Of a DNA stretch of 64,000 bases, positions 10,659 to 19,409 are shown piece by piece. The stretch lies in assembly GCA_027623675.1 (NCBI GenBank), contig JAQBVF010000002.1, positions 1 through 64,000 on the forward strand, in the 5' to 3' direction. Within the stretch, counting starts at the first letter, position 1. The number at the start of each line of letters is the position of its first letter. The notes below the pieces were generated by a model. That model made no database searches, was not told the DNA's origin, and worked only from the letters and a program-made list of their open reading frames with translations. The stretch comes from Chloroflexota bacterium (GTDB lineage: Bacteria > Chloroflexota > Dehalococcoidia > Lucifugimonadales > UBA3495). The translations under genes were made by a program, and so were the position numbers.

Positions 10659-10942
10659 GTGCCACGCCAGTACTAAGTCTACATAATGACCAACCGATCA
10701 CGAGCTCTATATATATCGGGGTCACGAACGACCTCGAGCGCCGGGTACACGAGCATAAATCTGGAGCTATTGACGGATTTACGAAGCGATACAACATAAA
10801 TCGGCTGGTCTATTTCGAAACGACCAGCAGTGTTAAGGGCGCAATCTCCACCGAGAAACGGATGAAGAGATGGAGAAGATCCAAGAAGATCGACCTGATT
10901 GAACAGAACAATCCCGGGTGGAAAGACCTCTCCGAAGGGTAG
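10659..10942 (+). pseudogene. small GIY-YIG endonuclease pseudogene
   Basis: Reconstructed VPRQY*VYIMTNRSRALY/IGVTNDLERRVHEHKSGAIDGFTKRYNINRLVYFE...EKRMKRWRRSKKIDLIEQNNPGWKDL; TAA at 10674-10676 and an extra AT in the ATATATAT run at ~10709-10716. Confidence 0.88.
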
Positions 10943-10964
10943 TACGAGGTTGGTCGATAGCAAT

Positions 10965-10991
10965 GAGACCCCTCGCTTCGCTCGGGGTGAC
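10965..10991 (-). repeat. GTC-tagged REP-like hairpin (right flank, inverted)
   Basis: Minus strand reads GTC-ACCCC-GA-GC-GAA-GC-GA-GGGGT-CTC. Confidence 0.8.
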
Positions 10992-11066
10992 AGGGTAGGT
11001 CGGGGTGACAGGGTAGGTCGAGACGACAGGGTAGGTCGGGGTGACAGGGTAGGTCGAGGTGACAGG
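10983..11066 (+). repeat. 18-bp tandem repeat, ~4.7 copies
   Basis: Unit CGGGGTGACAGGGTAGGT at 10983, 11001, 11019 (variant), 11037; partial copy at 11055. Confidence 0.95.
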
Positions 11067-11117
11067 ATCTGCTGGCCGGCAATCAGATTACAAGAACCAA
11101 GTTCGCCAGGAGGAGCC

Positions 11118-12467
11118 ATGGCCCAGACCCATGAACTATCGGCGGCGGAACTGGCGCGCCAGATTCGCCAGCGAAACATCGGCCCCGTTGAGGCGGCGAG
11201 GTCTCTGCTGGAACGCATGGACGCTCTGGAACCCCAACTCGACGCCTGGGTGCGGGTCGACCGTGAGACCGTTCTGGCCGACGCCCAAGCCCGACAGGAG
11301 GACCTGGACGCCGGCAGGGAGACCGGGCCCCTCCACGGCGTGCCGATCGGTATCAAAGACATCTACAACATCGCCGGCGTGCCAACCACCGCCGGCTCCA
11401 AGGTCTACGCCGACTACGTTCCGGACGAGACCGCCGTGACCATCAATCTGCTGGAGGATGCCGGTGCGGTCATCCTGGGCAAGACAGTAACCACCGAGTT
11501 CGCCTGTCTGGACCCGTCCCACACCAAGAATCCCTGGAACCCGGCGCACACCCCCGGCGGTTCCAGCAGCGGTTCGGCGGTTTCGGTGGCGGCCCGGATG
11601 TGCCCCATCGCCATGGGTTCCCAGACCGTCGGCTCGGTGCTCCGTCCTGCGTCATACAACGGCATCGTCGGCTTTAAGCCAACCTACGGGCGGGTGAGCC
11701 GCCGTGGCGTGGTTCCAGTGAGTTGGTCGCTGGACACCGTGGGCTGGATGGGCCGCACGGTGGAGGACATGGCGGTCCTGCTGCAGGTGATGGCCGGTCC
11801 GGACGAGCATGACCCGGTGACCTCACGCCTGCCCGCCGGCGATTACCTATCGGGCCTGGAATCGGCCGGTCCACCCAAGATCGGACTCATAACATCCTTC
11901 TTCATGGAGGAGTCCGACCGGGAAACCCAGAACTCCACCAGAGCCGTGCTGGCAAAGCTCAAGTCGGCCGGGGCGCCGGTGGTCGAACTGACGCTGCCGG
12001 AGAGTTTCAACACGGCGTTCCAGGACCAGCTGCTCATCATGTCAGTGGAGGCCGCCGCCTTCCACAAGCCCATGTACGAGAAGCAGGCCCAGGACTACCA
12101 GCCCAAACTAAGGGAGATGCTGCGTCAGGGGTTGGAGACCGACGCCGTCACCTATACCAGGGCATTGGAGCGCAGGCTCAGGTTCACCGCGGATATGAAG
12201 CTGCTGGCGGAGCAGGCCGACGTCCTGTTAACGCCGTCCACCCCCACCGCGCCGCTGGCCGACCTGACCAACACCGGCGACACCAGGTTCCAAGGGCCGT
12301 GGACGTCCTGCGGCCTGCCAACCATCACCCTGCCGGCCGGACTAGCGGAATCGGGGCTGCCGACGGGCGTCCAACTGATCGCGGCCCCCTTCGCAGAGGC
12401 CCGGCTGCTGGCGGCTGCCCGGTGGTGCGAGAAAGTCATGGACGTGCATCTGGCTCCCCCACTGTAA
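11118..12467 (+). CDS. amidase-signature family amidase
   Basis: AGGAGG RBS before ATG 11118; GVPIGIKD, PGGSSSGS, GSQTVGSVLRPA. Confidence 0.92.
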   Translation: MAQTHELSAAELARQIRQRNIGPVEAARSLLERMDALEPQLDAWVRVDRETVLADAQARQEDLDAGRETGPLHGVPIGIKDIYNIAGVPTTAGSKVYADYVPDETAVTINLLEDAGAVILGKTVTTEFACLDPSHTKNPWNPAHTPGGSSSGSAVSVAARMCPIAMGSQTVGSVLRPASYNGIVGFKPTYGRVSRRGVVPVSWSLDTVGWMGRTVEDMAVLLQVMAGPDEHDPVTSRLPAGDYLSGLESAGPPKIGLITSFFMEESDRETQNSTRAVLAKLKSAGAPVVELTLPESFNTAFQDQLLIMSVEAAAFHKPMYEKQAQDYQPKLREMLRQGLETDAVTYTRALERRLRFTADMKLLAEQADVLLTPSTPTAPLADLTNTGDTRFQGPWTSCGLPTITLPAGLAESGLPTGVQLIAAPFAEARLLAAARWCEKVMDVHLAPPL

Positions 12468-12526
12468 TAGCGGGGAATAGCCGGGAGCTAGCAGTAATCA
12501 GTAATCAGGTTTCTAGGAGGCGGAAT

Positions 12527-13477
12527 ATGCCGCAGGCGAACATTCCCAGCGAGGATGAGGTCCTCAGTTATTTCGACAAGTTCTCAAATTGGGGCAAGTG
12601 GGGCGATGACGATGAGTTGGGCGCGCCCAATTACATCACCCCCGCCAAGGTGAAACAGGCGATCGCCACGGTACAGGAGGGGGTAAGGGTCTCCATGGCC
12701 CGCGCCATCAGTTTCGAGCCGACCATCGACGCCCCCAACACGCCGGTCCACTTCATGGTGGAGAGCGGCGAGGGCTGGGCCAGCGGTGACAAGGTCAGCT
12801 CCCGCGCCTTCCCCGCCGCCACCGACTACTTCGGCATGATCTTCCACGGGTTCACCGTAACCCACGTGGACGCGCTCTCCCACTTCTTCTGGAACGGGAA
12901 GACCTACAACGGCAAACCGGCCCATCTGGTGTCCACCAGCCTGGGGGCGACCTTTGGCTCGGTGGAGGAGGCCAAAGACGGCATAATCTCCCGGGCGGTG
13001 CTGGTCGACGTTCCGATGATCCGGGGCATCGACTGGGTGGAACGAGGCGAAGGCGTCATGATCGATGACATCCTGGCCGCCGAGGAACGCTGTGGGTTCA
13101 AGGTCGAAGAGGGCGACGTGCTGCTGATCCGCACCGGACAGTTGCACCGCCGCAACGTGGAGGGGCCGGTGGACCGGTCCGCGGGCTCGACGGCGTGCCA
13201 GGCGTCGGTACTGCCTTTGTTCTACGAACGGGGCATCGCCATGATGGGTTCGGACACTGGCAACGATGTCAGCCCGCCCCAATACGAAAAGGTGCCCAGT
13301 CCCATCCACCAGGTGAGCATCACGGCCATGGGCATCTGGATCCTGGACAACGCGGACCTCGAAGGAGTGGCCGCTGCCTGCAAGGAGCGCAACCGCTGGG
13401 AGTTCATGGTCTCCATCGGCCCGCTCCGCCTGCACAACACCACCGGCTCGCCGGTGAACCCAATAGCCATCTTCTAA
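12527..13477 (+). CDS. cyclase family (kynurenine formamidase-like) metal hydrolase
   Basis: NWGKWGDDDELG, HGFTVTHVDALSH, GSPVNPIAIF; AGGAGG RBS. Confidence 0.85.
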   Translation: MPQANIPSEDEVLSYFDKFSNWGKWGDDDELGAPNYITPAKVKQAIATVQEGVRVSMARAISFEPTIDAPNTPVHFMVESGEGWASGDKVSSRAFPAATDYFGMIFHGFTVTHVDALSHFFWNGKTYNGKPAHLVSTSLGATFGSVEEAKDGIISRAVLVDVPMIRGIDWVERGEGVMIDDILAAEERCGFKVEEGDVLLIRTGQLHRRNVEGPVDRSAGSTACQASVLPLFYERGIAMMGSDTGNDVSPPQYEKVPSPIHQVSITAMGIWILDNADLEGVAAACKERNRWEFMVSIGPLRLHNTTGSPVNPIAIF

Positions 13478-13578
13478 CCGGCCGGCACAGCCGGGGTTAT
13501 TACCTCCGGCACGCCAGCGAGGTCGGCGGTTACGAAATAAGTGGCGGCGCGCTCCGTTTGTGCGCCGCCAAAACCCAT

Positions 13579-13605
13579 GTCATTCTGAGCGTAAGCGAAG
13601 AATCT
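13579..13605 (+). repeat. solo GTC-tagged REP-like hairpin
   Basis: GTC-ATTCT-GA-GC-GTAA-GC-GA-AGAAT-CT between convergent genes. Confidence 0.75.
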
Positions 13606-13635
13606 GCCACGGCGAACGAAGCAGAGGATTCCTCT

Positions 13636-15099
13636 CTAGCCTACCATTCGGGCGTACTTGCGCACGATCTTGCCCATGACCCCGCTCAGAAGTTGGTCCA
13701 CCCTGAGCTTTGAGGCCAGTTGCTGCGAGGCCAGAGAGTAGGAGGGATAGATGTGCAGCGACTCGGCCATGTGGGCCAACTTAAGGCCTTGGTCCATGGC
13801 CAGCGCCCATTCTTGAATCATCTCCCCGGCACGCGAGGCCACGATGGTCGCCCCCAGCAGTTGGCCGTTGGGCCGGTATACCAGCTTCAGAAAGCCGGGA
13901 GAGTCGCCCTCCATCAGCCACCGGTCGGTCCGCTCCATGGGCCAGTTGGCCACCTGAACCTTGCCGCCGTACCGCTCAGTGGCTTGGGATTCGCTCAACC
14001 CCACGTGGGCCACTTCGGGGTCGGTAAACGTGGCCCACGGCACCCGCTCCAACACCGACTTCTTGTTGAACGGCAAGAACGCGTTCCGCACGGCCATGAA
14101 TCCCTGATAACCGGCGTAGTGGGTAAACTGGTAGCCACCGGTGCAGTCCCCGGCGGCGTAGATGTTCGCCTGACTGGTGCGCAGGTGTTTGTTAACCTGA
14201 ATGCCCGCTCGGCCATGGGCCACCTTGGCCTCAGCCAAGCCCAGGCCATCCACCCGTGGCCACCTGCCAACGCAGACCAACACCGCATCGGCTTCCACCT
14301 GGCCCCCTCCGCCCAAGACCAGCCGCGCGCCGGTCTCCGTCTTCTCCACCCGCTCCAATACCGCTGAGCTGCGCAGGTCTACACCGTCTTCGGTTAGCCG
14401 CCGGGCTAGGGCATCCGCGGCTTCCGGTTCGTCCTGGAGCATGATGCGTTCGGCGCCTTCCAACAGCGTCACCGACGAACCCAGCCGGCAAAACGCCTGG
14501 GCCAACTCGCAGCCGATCGGACCGCCGCCGACGACCGCCAATCTTGGCGGCAATTCCTCCAATCCCCAGACGGTCTCGTAGGTTAGAAAGTCGATCTCGG
14601 CCAGGCCTTGGATGGGCGGAATAGCCGGTCCGGCGCCGGTGCAGACCAGGTACCGGCGGGCGGTGATGGCCCGGCCTGCAACCGACACCGTTCGCGGGCC
14701 GATGAACCGGGCCTCGCCCTGGATCACGTCGACGCCCTCCGCCCGGAGAGTATCCGGAGATTCGGCTTCGTATACCTGTCCCACGACCGAACGCACCCGG
14801 GTCATGACCGATCTGAGATCGACCCTTGGCTCAGTGGTGGTGATTCCGTGCTTCGCGGCGTCTCTGACGCTTTGGGCCGACTTGGCGGCCTTGAGCAGGG
14901 TCTTACTGGGCACGCAGCCGCTCCAGGTGCAGTCGCCGCCCAACCTCCCCTTCTCGACCAACGCCACCGACAGGTCGATCTGCCTGGCGAAGCGGGCCGC
15001 GGTCAGCGCCGCCGACCCTCCGCCGATGATCAGCAGGTCGTAATCTTTCTTCACTGGAACGTCCTTCCCCTGGCCCGAATCTCGGTTAATCTTAGACAA
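13636..15099 (-). CDS. pyridine nucleotide-disulfide oxidoreductase (mercuric reductase/LpdA-like)
   Basis: IIGGGSA, GGDCTWSGCVPSK, GGGPIGCE, YAAGD, HIYPS; no C-terminal CC pair. Confidence 0.85.
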   Translation of the reverse strand: MSKINRDSGQGKDVPVKKDYDLLIIGGGSAALTAARFARQIDLSVALVEKGRLGGDCTWSGCVPSKTLLKAAKSAQSVRDAAKHGITTTEPRVDLRSVMTRVRSVVGQVYEAESPDTLRAEGVDVIQGEARFIGPRTVSVAGRAITARRYLVCTGAGPAIPPIQGLAEIDFLTYETVWGLEELPPRLAVVGGGPIGCELAQAFCRLGSSVTLLEGAERIMLQDEPEAADALARRLTEDGVDLRSSAVLERVEKTETGARLVLGGGGQVEADAVLVCVGRWPRVDGLGLAEAKVAHGRAGIQVNKHLRTSQANIYAAGDCTGGYQFTHYAGYQGFMAVRNAFLPFNKKSVLERVPWATFTDPEVAHVGLSESQATERYGGKVQVANWPMERTDRWLMEGDSPGFLKLVYRPNGQLLGATIVASRAGEMIQEWALAMDQGLKLAHMAESLHIYPSYSLASQQLASKLRVDQLLSGVMGKIVRKYARMVG

Positions 15100-15192
15100 C
15101 CCGGTATACGGAGGAGGGTTACCGCAAGATACCGGCTAAACCATGATCTTGGATGCCGGGAATCGGGGGAGGGTTTTCCCGAGGGACCTGGT

Positions 15193-16551
15193 CTAGCTGT
15201 AATTGGGCGGGGACAACTGCACTCCCAGGACCGTTTCGCACCACTTGGCCACGCCCAATAGGCTGCCCTCCTCGAACGGCAGTCCCCCGAACTGCACGCC
15301 CAATGGCATGCCGTCCTTGCTTAGGCCCGATGGAATGGTCACCGTGGGGAGCCCGCAGGACGTCCAGGGCGACTGGAAGGACGCGTCGCCGGTGGTATTC
15401 CGGTCCTTGGGCGCGGGGGCCGGAGTGGTCGGCGTCATCACCGCATCCACCTGCCCCACCATCCGCACCATGTCCTGTCGGAACTGACGGCGGAGACGTT
15501 GGGCTTGGAGATACTTGGTCGCCGGTATCAGCATCCCCATCTCCATGCCGGCGCGGACCCTGGGGCCGTATTTCTCGGCTTGGGTAGCGTGGAACTGTTC
15601 GTGGAAGCTGGCACACTCCACGTTCATGACGATGCGCTGAACACTGTGGGCGGTGTTGAAGCTATCTGGCAGACCAAGCTCCACAACCTCGGCCCCGGCG
15701 CCGGCCAACTTCCGGACCACCTCTTGGGTGTGCGCCCAGACCTCCGGCGTTGACGTCTCCGAGTAATACTGGCTCACGACTCCGATGCGGGGAGGGGTGC
15801 TGCGCCGGGCCATCTGCTCGAGGAAATCTGGGACCGGTTGGCTGGCGGAGCCGGGGTCGTTGGCGTCCTCACCGGACATAACTTGCAACATGAGGGCGGC
15901 GTCATCTACGGTGCGCACCAGGATGCCCACATGGTCCAGGGACCAACTCACCGGCACCACGCCATAACGGCTGATGCGCCCGTAGGTGGCCTTGAGGCCC
16001 ACGATGCCGTTGTAGGCCGCCGGACGGCAGGTTGACCCGCCGGTCTGGGAACCTAGAGCGGCTCCCACGGTCCTGCTGGCGACGGCGACCGATGACCCGC
16101 TGCTCGAGCCGCCTGGAGTGTGCTCGAAGTTCCAGGGATTATAGGTCGGAGAGGGGTCGGAGGTGGCGAACTCGGTGGTCACGGCCTTGCCCAATATGAT
16201 GCCGCCGGCCGCTTTGATCTTGGCTACCGACGTGGCGTCAAAATCGGGCACGAAATCGGCATAGACCTTGGACCCGGCCGCCGTCTTCATCCCAGCGGTG
16301 TAGAAGATGTCCTTCAGACCCACCGGCACTCCGTGGAGCAGCCCTCTGGACTTGCCCAGCTTGGCCTCGGCCTCAAGCTCTTTGGCGTTGCTCAAGACCT
16401 CTTCCCGGTCAATGGTCACCCACGCCTGCAAGTCTTTATCGGTGTTCTCTATGCGGTCCAATAGCGACTGGGCCAGTTCCACCGGAGACAGGCTCTTGTC
16501 CCTGATCTGTTGGGCGGCTTGAGAAACCGTTAGCTCATGGGGTTTGGCCAT
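15193..16551 (-). CDS. amidase-signature family amidase
   Basis: GVPVGLKD, PGGSSSGS, GSQTGGSTCRPA; close paralog of 11118-12467. Confidence 0.92.
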   Translation of the reverse strand: MAKPHELTVSQAAQQIRDKSLSPVELAQSLLDRIENTDKDLQAWVTIDREEVLSNAKELEAEAKLGKSRGLLHGVPVGLKDIFYTAGMKTAAGSKVYADFVPDFDATSVAKIKAAGGIILGKAVTTEFATSDPSPTYNPWNFEHTPGGSSSGSSVAVASRTVGAALGSQTGGSTCRPAAYNGIVGLKATYGRISRYGVVPVSWSLDHVGILVRTVDDAALMLQVMSGEDANDPGSASQPVPDFLEQMARRSTPPRIGVVSQYYSETSTPEVWAHTQEVVRKLAGAGAEVVELGLPDSFNTAHSVQRIVMNVECASFHEQFHATQAEKYGPRVRAGMEMGMLIPATKYLQAQRLRRQFRQDMVRMVGQVDAVMTPTTPAPAPKDRNTTGDASFQSPWTSCGLPTVTIPSGLSKDGMPLGVQFGGLPFEEGSLLGVAKWCETVLGVQLSPPNYS

Positions 16552-16595
16552 GATTGGACCTCAGATTCAGATAACGAATGGGATGGGGACCGGGC

Positions 16596-16784
16596 CTATT
16601 GGTAGAAACCTGGTTCCAGGTCGGGCTGGATCGTCACTTGACCCACGTCCCACAGTTGCTGGGCCGTCTGTTGCAGCGACGGCTCCAACTCGGCTGCCCG
16701 CTGCTCGCCCCACAGGCGCACGGCCTGGGCGCGAAGTTCTTGGGCTATCTCTTGGACCGAATCGTTGGGCTTCATATTAACCAC
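16596..16784 (-). CDS. small helical protein, possible amidase partner subunit
   Basis: ~60 aa directly upstream of and co-oriented with the amidase; ends QPDLEPGFYQ. Confidence 0.6.
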   Translation of the reverse strand: MVNMKPNDSVQEIAQELRAQAVRLWGEQRAAELEPSLQQTAQQLWDVGQVTIQPDLEPGFYQ

Positions 16785-16923
16785 GGCGATATCTCGTGCT
16801 CCCTAGCGCTCTTTTTGGTCAGTGTCAGGCCAAGTGCCTGGCATTCTAAACAAGCCCCGCAGACCGGTCAATCGGGTGCGCAACATCAGGTGTCGAAACG
16901 AGAGTGCGCCACGCCCAGCATGC

Positions 16924-16932
16924 TGTTATAAT
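16924..16932 (+). promoter_or_regulatory. extended -10 element
   Basis: TGTTATAAT upstream of the lactonase gene. Confidence 0.5.
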
Positions 16933-16988
16933 CCCGCCTGTTAACTCCCAATGCCCACCCGCCAGCCACATCACCATCGGAGAGAAAT

Positions 16989-17888
16989 ATGCCCGACAAC
17001 CTGGAAGACATCCTAGAGTCCCCCGAACACACCCGGTTAGCCGCCGACCTGGGCAACACCGAGGGCCCCCTCTGGCATCCTGAGGGTTATCTGACCTTTG
17101 TTGACCTGGTGGGCAACCGTCTGCTGCGTTGGGACCAGACCTCCGGGGTCGGCGTGGTCCGCGAGAACACCGGCGAAGGCAACGGCTGCACATTTGACCG
17201 CCAAGGAAGACTGCTGATGTGCGAAGGCGCCGACCACCGCCGGGTCACGCGCATGGACGCCGATGGCACGGTTACGGTGGTCGCTGACCGCTGGGATGGC
17301 AAACGGTTCAACAAGCCCAACGACGTGGTCTGCCGGTCGGATGGGAGCATCTACTTCACCGACCCCTCGCTGCGGGTGCCCGAGGCCGAACGGGAGTACG
17401 ATTTCGCCGGCGTTTTCCGCGTGGCGCCCGACGGGAAGATATCCGTGGCCACCGACGGTTGCGAGTACCCCAACGGACTCGCCTTCTCCCCCGATGAGTC
17501 CATCCTTTACGTGGCCATCAGCCGGGAGAGCCAGGTCTGCTTCGAAGAGGCCGAGAAAGGCTTGGTCTGCGAGCACCGGAAGATCCGGGCTTTCGACGTT
17601 GCCGCCGACGGCACCCTGAGCAATAACCGGGTCTTCGCCAGCATGGCCTCCGCCGAAGCGGGCGTCCCGGATGGCATGAAGGTCGACACCCTGGGCCGCG
17701 TCTTCTGCACCGGCTCCGGCGGCATCTGGGTGTTCGACCCCAACGGGACCCATCTGGGCGTCATCAGAGGACCTGAAGTCCCCCGAAACATCGCATTCGG
17801 CGGTCCCGACTTCCGAACCGTATTCACCACACCCGGAGTATCCTTATACAGCTTCCGGGTTAAGACGCCAGGCATCCGCCCTTATTAG
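16989..17888 (+). CDS. SMP-30/gluconolactonase family protein
   Basis: TEGPLW, GNG.T.D, FNKPND, YFTDP, PNGLAFSPDE, PDGMKVD. Confidence 0.9.
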   Translation: MPDNLEDILESPEHTRLAADLGNTEGPLWHPEGYLTFVDLVGNRLLRWDQTSGVGVVRENTGEGNGCTFDRQGRLLMCEGADHRRVTRMDADGTVTVVADRWDGKRFNKPNDVVCRSDGSIYFTDPSLRVPEAEREYDFAGVFRVAPDGKISVATDGCEYPNGLAFSPDESILYVAISRESQVCFEEAEKGLVCEHRKIRAFDVAADGTLSNNRVFASMASAEAGVPDGMKVDTLGRVFCTGSGGIWVFDPNGTHLGVIRGPEVPRNIAFGGPDFRTVFTTPGVSLYSFRVKTPGIRPY

Positions 17889-17928
17889 GCCGGCCCTATC
17901 AGAGACGAACGTTAAGGAGAACTAGATC

Positions 17929-18846
17929 ATGGCTGCAGTAAGTACCGTAGGCTCCGGAAAGTACACCTACGAGGTAAACGAAGATTGGGCCAAGCTGCCT
18001 GAGGGCTGGGAGATGCCCGCCGCGGCGGTCTACGGCGACTCCCAAGACCGGGTATATTGCTTCAACCGCGACCCCGAACATCCGGTGTGCATCTTCGACC
18101 GCGAGGGCAATTTCATCTCCTCTTGGGGCGCGGGCCTGATCGCATTCGCCCACGCCATCTACCTGGACAAGCACGACAACGTTTGGCTGGTGGACCGCAA
18201 CAAACATCAGGTCTACAAGTTCACCAAAGACGGTGAACTCCTGCTGACCATCGGCGAGGAGGGGTTCCGGTCGGACACCGGAGTCGCCCCCGACGACTAC
18301 AGCTCGACCACCTGGTCCAGCGTGACCCACAGCGGACCTCCGTTCAACATGCCGGCGGGCATCGCGGTGAACGACGCCGGTGAGATATTCATCGCCGACG
18401 GCTACGCCAACGCCCGCGTCCACAAATTCACACCCGAAGGCGAACTGATCATGTCCTGGGGCGACCCCGGCTCCGGCGAAGGTCAGTTCAACCTGCCTCA
18501 CGGCGTGTGGATCGACCCCAAGGGCCGCGTCTTGGTCTCGGACCGCGAGAATGACCGCGTCCAGGCTTTCACCCAGGACGGCGAGTACCTGAGCACCTGG
18601 CCCTCCAAGTTGATCGGCCCGGCCCTGATGTTCGTCGACGACGAGGACATCGCCTACATCCCCGAGCACAACGGCGGCTTGGTCAGCGTGTTGGACCTGG
18701 ACGGCAACCGGCTGGCGCAGTGGGGCGAGGCCCGGTTCCGCTCCTGCCACGGCATCTGGGCCGACTCGCACAAAGACCTGTACGTGGTCACCCCCGGCGA
18801 CTGGGGCAAAGGCCGCCGCGTGGTGAAATACACTCGCAAGGGATAG
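17929..18846 (+). CDS. NHL-repeat beta-propeller (peptidyl-alpha-hydroxyglycine lyase-like)
   Basis: FNMPAGIAV, IADGYANARVHKF, FNLPHGV, SDRENDRVQ. Confidence 0.85.
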   Translation: MAAVSTVGSGKYTYEVNEDWAKLPEGWEMPAAAVYGDSQDRVYCFNRDPEHPVCIFDREGNFISSWGAGLIAFAHAIYLDKHDNVWLVDRNKHQVYKFTKDGELLLTIGEEGFRSDTGVAPDDYSSTTWSSVTHSGPPFNMPAGIAVNDAGEIFIADGYANARVHKFTPEGELIMSWGDPGSGEGQFNLPHGVWIDPKGRVLVSDRENDRVQAFTQDGEYLSTWPSKLIGPALMFVDDEDIAYIPEHNGGLVSVLDLDGNRLAQWGEARFRSCHGIWADSHKDLYVVTPGDWGKGRRVVKYTRKG

Positions 18847-18879
18847 TTCTTCCGTGACCGATTAGTCGCGGCCAAGTTC

Positions 18880-18908
18880 TTGTACCTGGATAGTGGTTTT
18901 GCTATGCT
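18880..18908 (+). promoter_or_regulatory. sigma70-type promoter for the tRNA locus
   Basis: TTGTAC-17 nt-TATGCT with TGn extension, ~55 nt before the first tRNA-like copy. Confidence 0.55.
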
Positions 18909-18964
18909 GTAATGCGGTGACTGGCCAGCCTGACGGCCGAACGCTCGTCGCCGCACACCGAAGT

Positions 18965-19038
18965 GGGGCTGTAGCTCATCTGGGAGAGCGTCCCGATGGC
19001 TCATCGGGAAGGTACGGGGTTCGAGTACTTGCGGCCTA
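18965..19038 (+). pseudogene. tRNA-Ala-derived mimic #1 (substituted anticodon arm, degenerate 3' end, no CCA)
   Basis: 5' 26 nt identical to tRNA-Ala; anticodon arm is TCCCGATGGCTCATCGGGA; AGGTACGGGGTTCGAGT identical again, then diverges. Confidence 0.8.
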
Positions 19039-19053
19039 GGTTTACATATCAGT

Positions 19054-19129
19054 GGGGCTGTAGCTCATCTGGGAGAGCGCTTCAATGGCATTGAAGAGGT
19101 ACGGGGTTCGAGTCCCCGCAGCTCCACCA
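19054..19129 (+). tRNA. tRNA-Ala(GGC)
   Basis: 76-nt cloverleaf GGGGCTG...CAGCTCCACCA, G3-U70, anticodon arm CTTCA-ATGGCAT-TGAAG, TTCGAGT T-loop. Confidence 0.97.
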
Positions 19130-19161
19130 CTCACTAAATAAGAATCCTTCCTTCAGCAATC

Positions 19162-19409
19162 ATGTTCTATGTGTACGTTCTCCGCAGCGAGCGCAATGGG
19201 CGTTATTACATCGAGAGCACCGGCACATGAATACTCGCCTGGAGCAGCACAACGCGGGGATGACCAAGTCCACCAAACCATATCGCCCCTGGCGGCTGGT
19301 CCATCACGAAGAGTTCGGGACTTTATCTGAGGCTGGGAAACGGGAATTCCGGATAAAATCTTGGAAGAGCCGCCCTTACTTAAAAGCCCAATTAGACATC
19401 GGCGCATAG
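19162..19409 (+). pseudogene. small GIY-YIG endonuclease pseudogene
   Basis: MFYVYVLRSERNGRYYIESTG/[1-nt deletion near 19225]/MNTRLEQHNAGMTKSTKPYRPWRLVHHEEF...AGKREFRIKSWKSR; YIG motif is YIE. Confidence 0.88.

Noticed and set aside
10983..11066. Possible CRISPR array
   Set aside because: Repeats are contiguous 18-mers with no unique spacers, and there are no cas genes in the window.
10899..11117. N-terminal extension of the 522-aa amidase ORF (RGDRVG repeats)
   Set aside because: It is a translation of the GIY-YIG end, hairpin and tandem repeat; the real start is ATG 11118 after AGGAGG.
13636..15099. Mercuric reductase MerA
   Set aside because: No C-terminal Cys-Cys pair, no NmerA domain and no mer operon genes.
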